From positions 172,796,001 through 172,860,000 of the forward strand of contig NC_086097.1 of the NCBI RefSeq assembly GCF_963921235.1: DNA of 64,000 bases, given 5' to 3'. Below the pieces are notes generated by a model. It was given only the letters and a program-made list of their open reading frames with translations. It had not been told where the DNA came from and did not search any database. This document shows, one piece after another, positions 62,932-64,000 of this stretch. Made by a program: the position numbers and the translations under genes. Position 1 is the first letter of the stretch; each line of letters opens with the position of its first letter. Origin of the DNA: Mobula hypostoma (Eukaryota).

Positions 62932-64000
62932 GATATCCTGAAATGGGAAGGTGAACAGCTAGAGGTCGTGGTATATTTTGGTACAAATGACATAGGTAGG
63001 AAAAGAGGGTAGGTCCTGGAAACAGACAACAGGGAGTTAGGAAGGAAGTTGAGAAGCAGGACCTCAAAGTAATCTTGGGATTACTGCCTGTGCCACGTGA
63101 CAGTGAGTATGGGAATAGAGTGATGTAGAGGATAAATGTGTGGCTGAGGGATTGGAGCAGGGGGCAGGGATTCAGATTTCTGGATCATTGGGACCTCTTT
63201 TGGGGCAGGCGTGACCTGTACAAAAAAGATGGGTTGTACTTGAATCCAAGGGGGACCAATATCCTGGCGGGGAGGTTTGCTAAGGCTGTTGAGGAGAGTT
63301 TATACTAAAATTGCTGGGGGGTGGGAACCAAACTGAAGAGACGGAGAAAGGAGTGGTTGGCTCACAAATTGAGAAAGCTTGTAGACAGTGAGAGTGGGAG
63401 GATAGGCAGCTGATAGAGAAGGGATCCGCTCAGGCTGATGGTTTGAGATGTGTCTATTTTAATGTGAAGAATCATGAACAAAGCGGATGACCTTAGAGTG
63501 CAGATCAGTACTTGGAGCTATGATGTTGTGGCCATTACAGAGACTTGGATGGGTCAGGGCAGGAATGGCTACTTCGAGTGCCAGACTTTTCCGAAAGGAC
63601 AGAGAGGGAGACAAAAGAGGTGGGGGCGTGGCACTGCTGATCAGAGATAATGTCACGGCTGCAGAAAATGAGCAAGTCATGAAGAGATTGCTGAGTCTCT
63701 GTGGGTGGAAGTTAGGAACAGGAAGGGGTCAAAAACTCTACTGGGTGTTTGCTATAGACCACCCAATAGTAACAGGGACATCGAGGAGCAGATAGGGAGA
63801 CAGATTCTGGAAAGATGCAATAATATTAGGGTTGTTGTGGGAGATTTTAATTTCCCAAAATTGATTGGCATCTCCCCGGAGCAAGGGGTTTAGATGGGGT
63901 GGAGTTTGTTAGGTGTGTTCAGTAAGGATTCTTGACGCAATATGTAGATAACCCTACGAGAGGAGAGGCTGTATTTGATCTGATATTGGGAAATGAACCT
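62932..64000 (+). mobile_element. CR1 element A, continuation (ORF1 esterase C-terminus and endonuclease), runs off the window
   Basis: DILKWEGEQLEVVVYFGTNDIGRK; FLDHWDLFWGR; GGGVALLIRD; GVCYRPPNS; VGDFNFP. Confidence 0.92.

Overview
Repeat-saturated eukaryotic (vertebrate) DNA with no recognisable host protein-coding gene, so probably intergenic or deep intronic. The repeat mix suggests a cartilaginous fish, most likely a ray (inference): abundant CR1 LINEs, Rex1/Babar-type LINEs, tRNA-derived SINEs, Penelope-like termini, and L1 and HERO-like fragments. Essentially every recognisable ORF is a decayed transposable-element ORF or its antisense shadow. Structures resolved to the base: (1) a full-length decayed CR1 (30406-34721, -); (2) a 5.3-kb hAT transposon with 14-bp TIRs and an 8-bp TSD (41701-47014) that sits in an old CR1 and contains a younger CR1; (3) two copies of a composite hAT MITE that carries a second nested element with its own fossil TSD (17928-18701, 22147-22925); (4) a solo LTR with a 4-bp TSD (52741-53558); (5) a CR1 inserted into another CR1 at almost the homologous ORF1 position, giving an in-frame chimaeric ORF1 behind a tandem-monomer 5' UTR (58521-64000). 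Many Penelope-type termini carry a CpG-decayed minimal hammerhead-ribozyme motif, often as head-to-head palindromes. Family names come from motif recognition, not database searches. Boundaries of old fragments are approximate.
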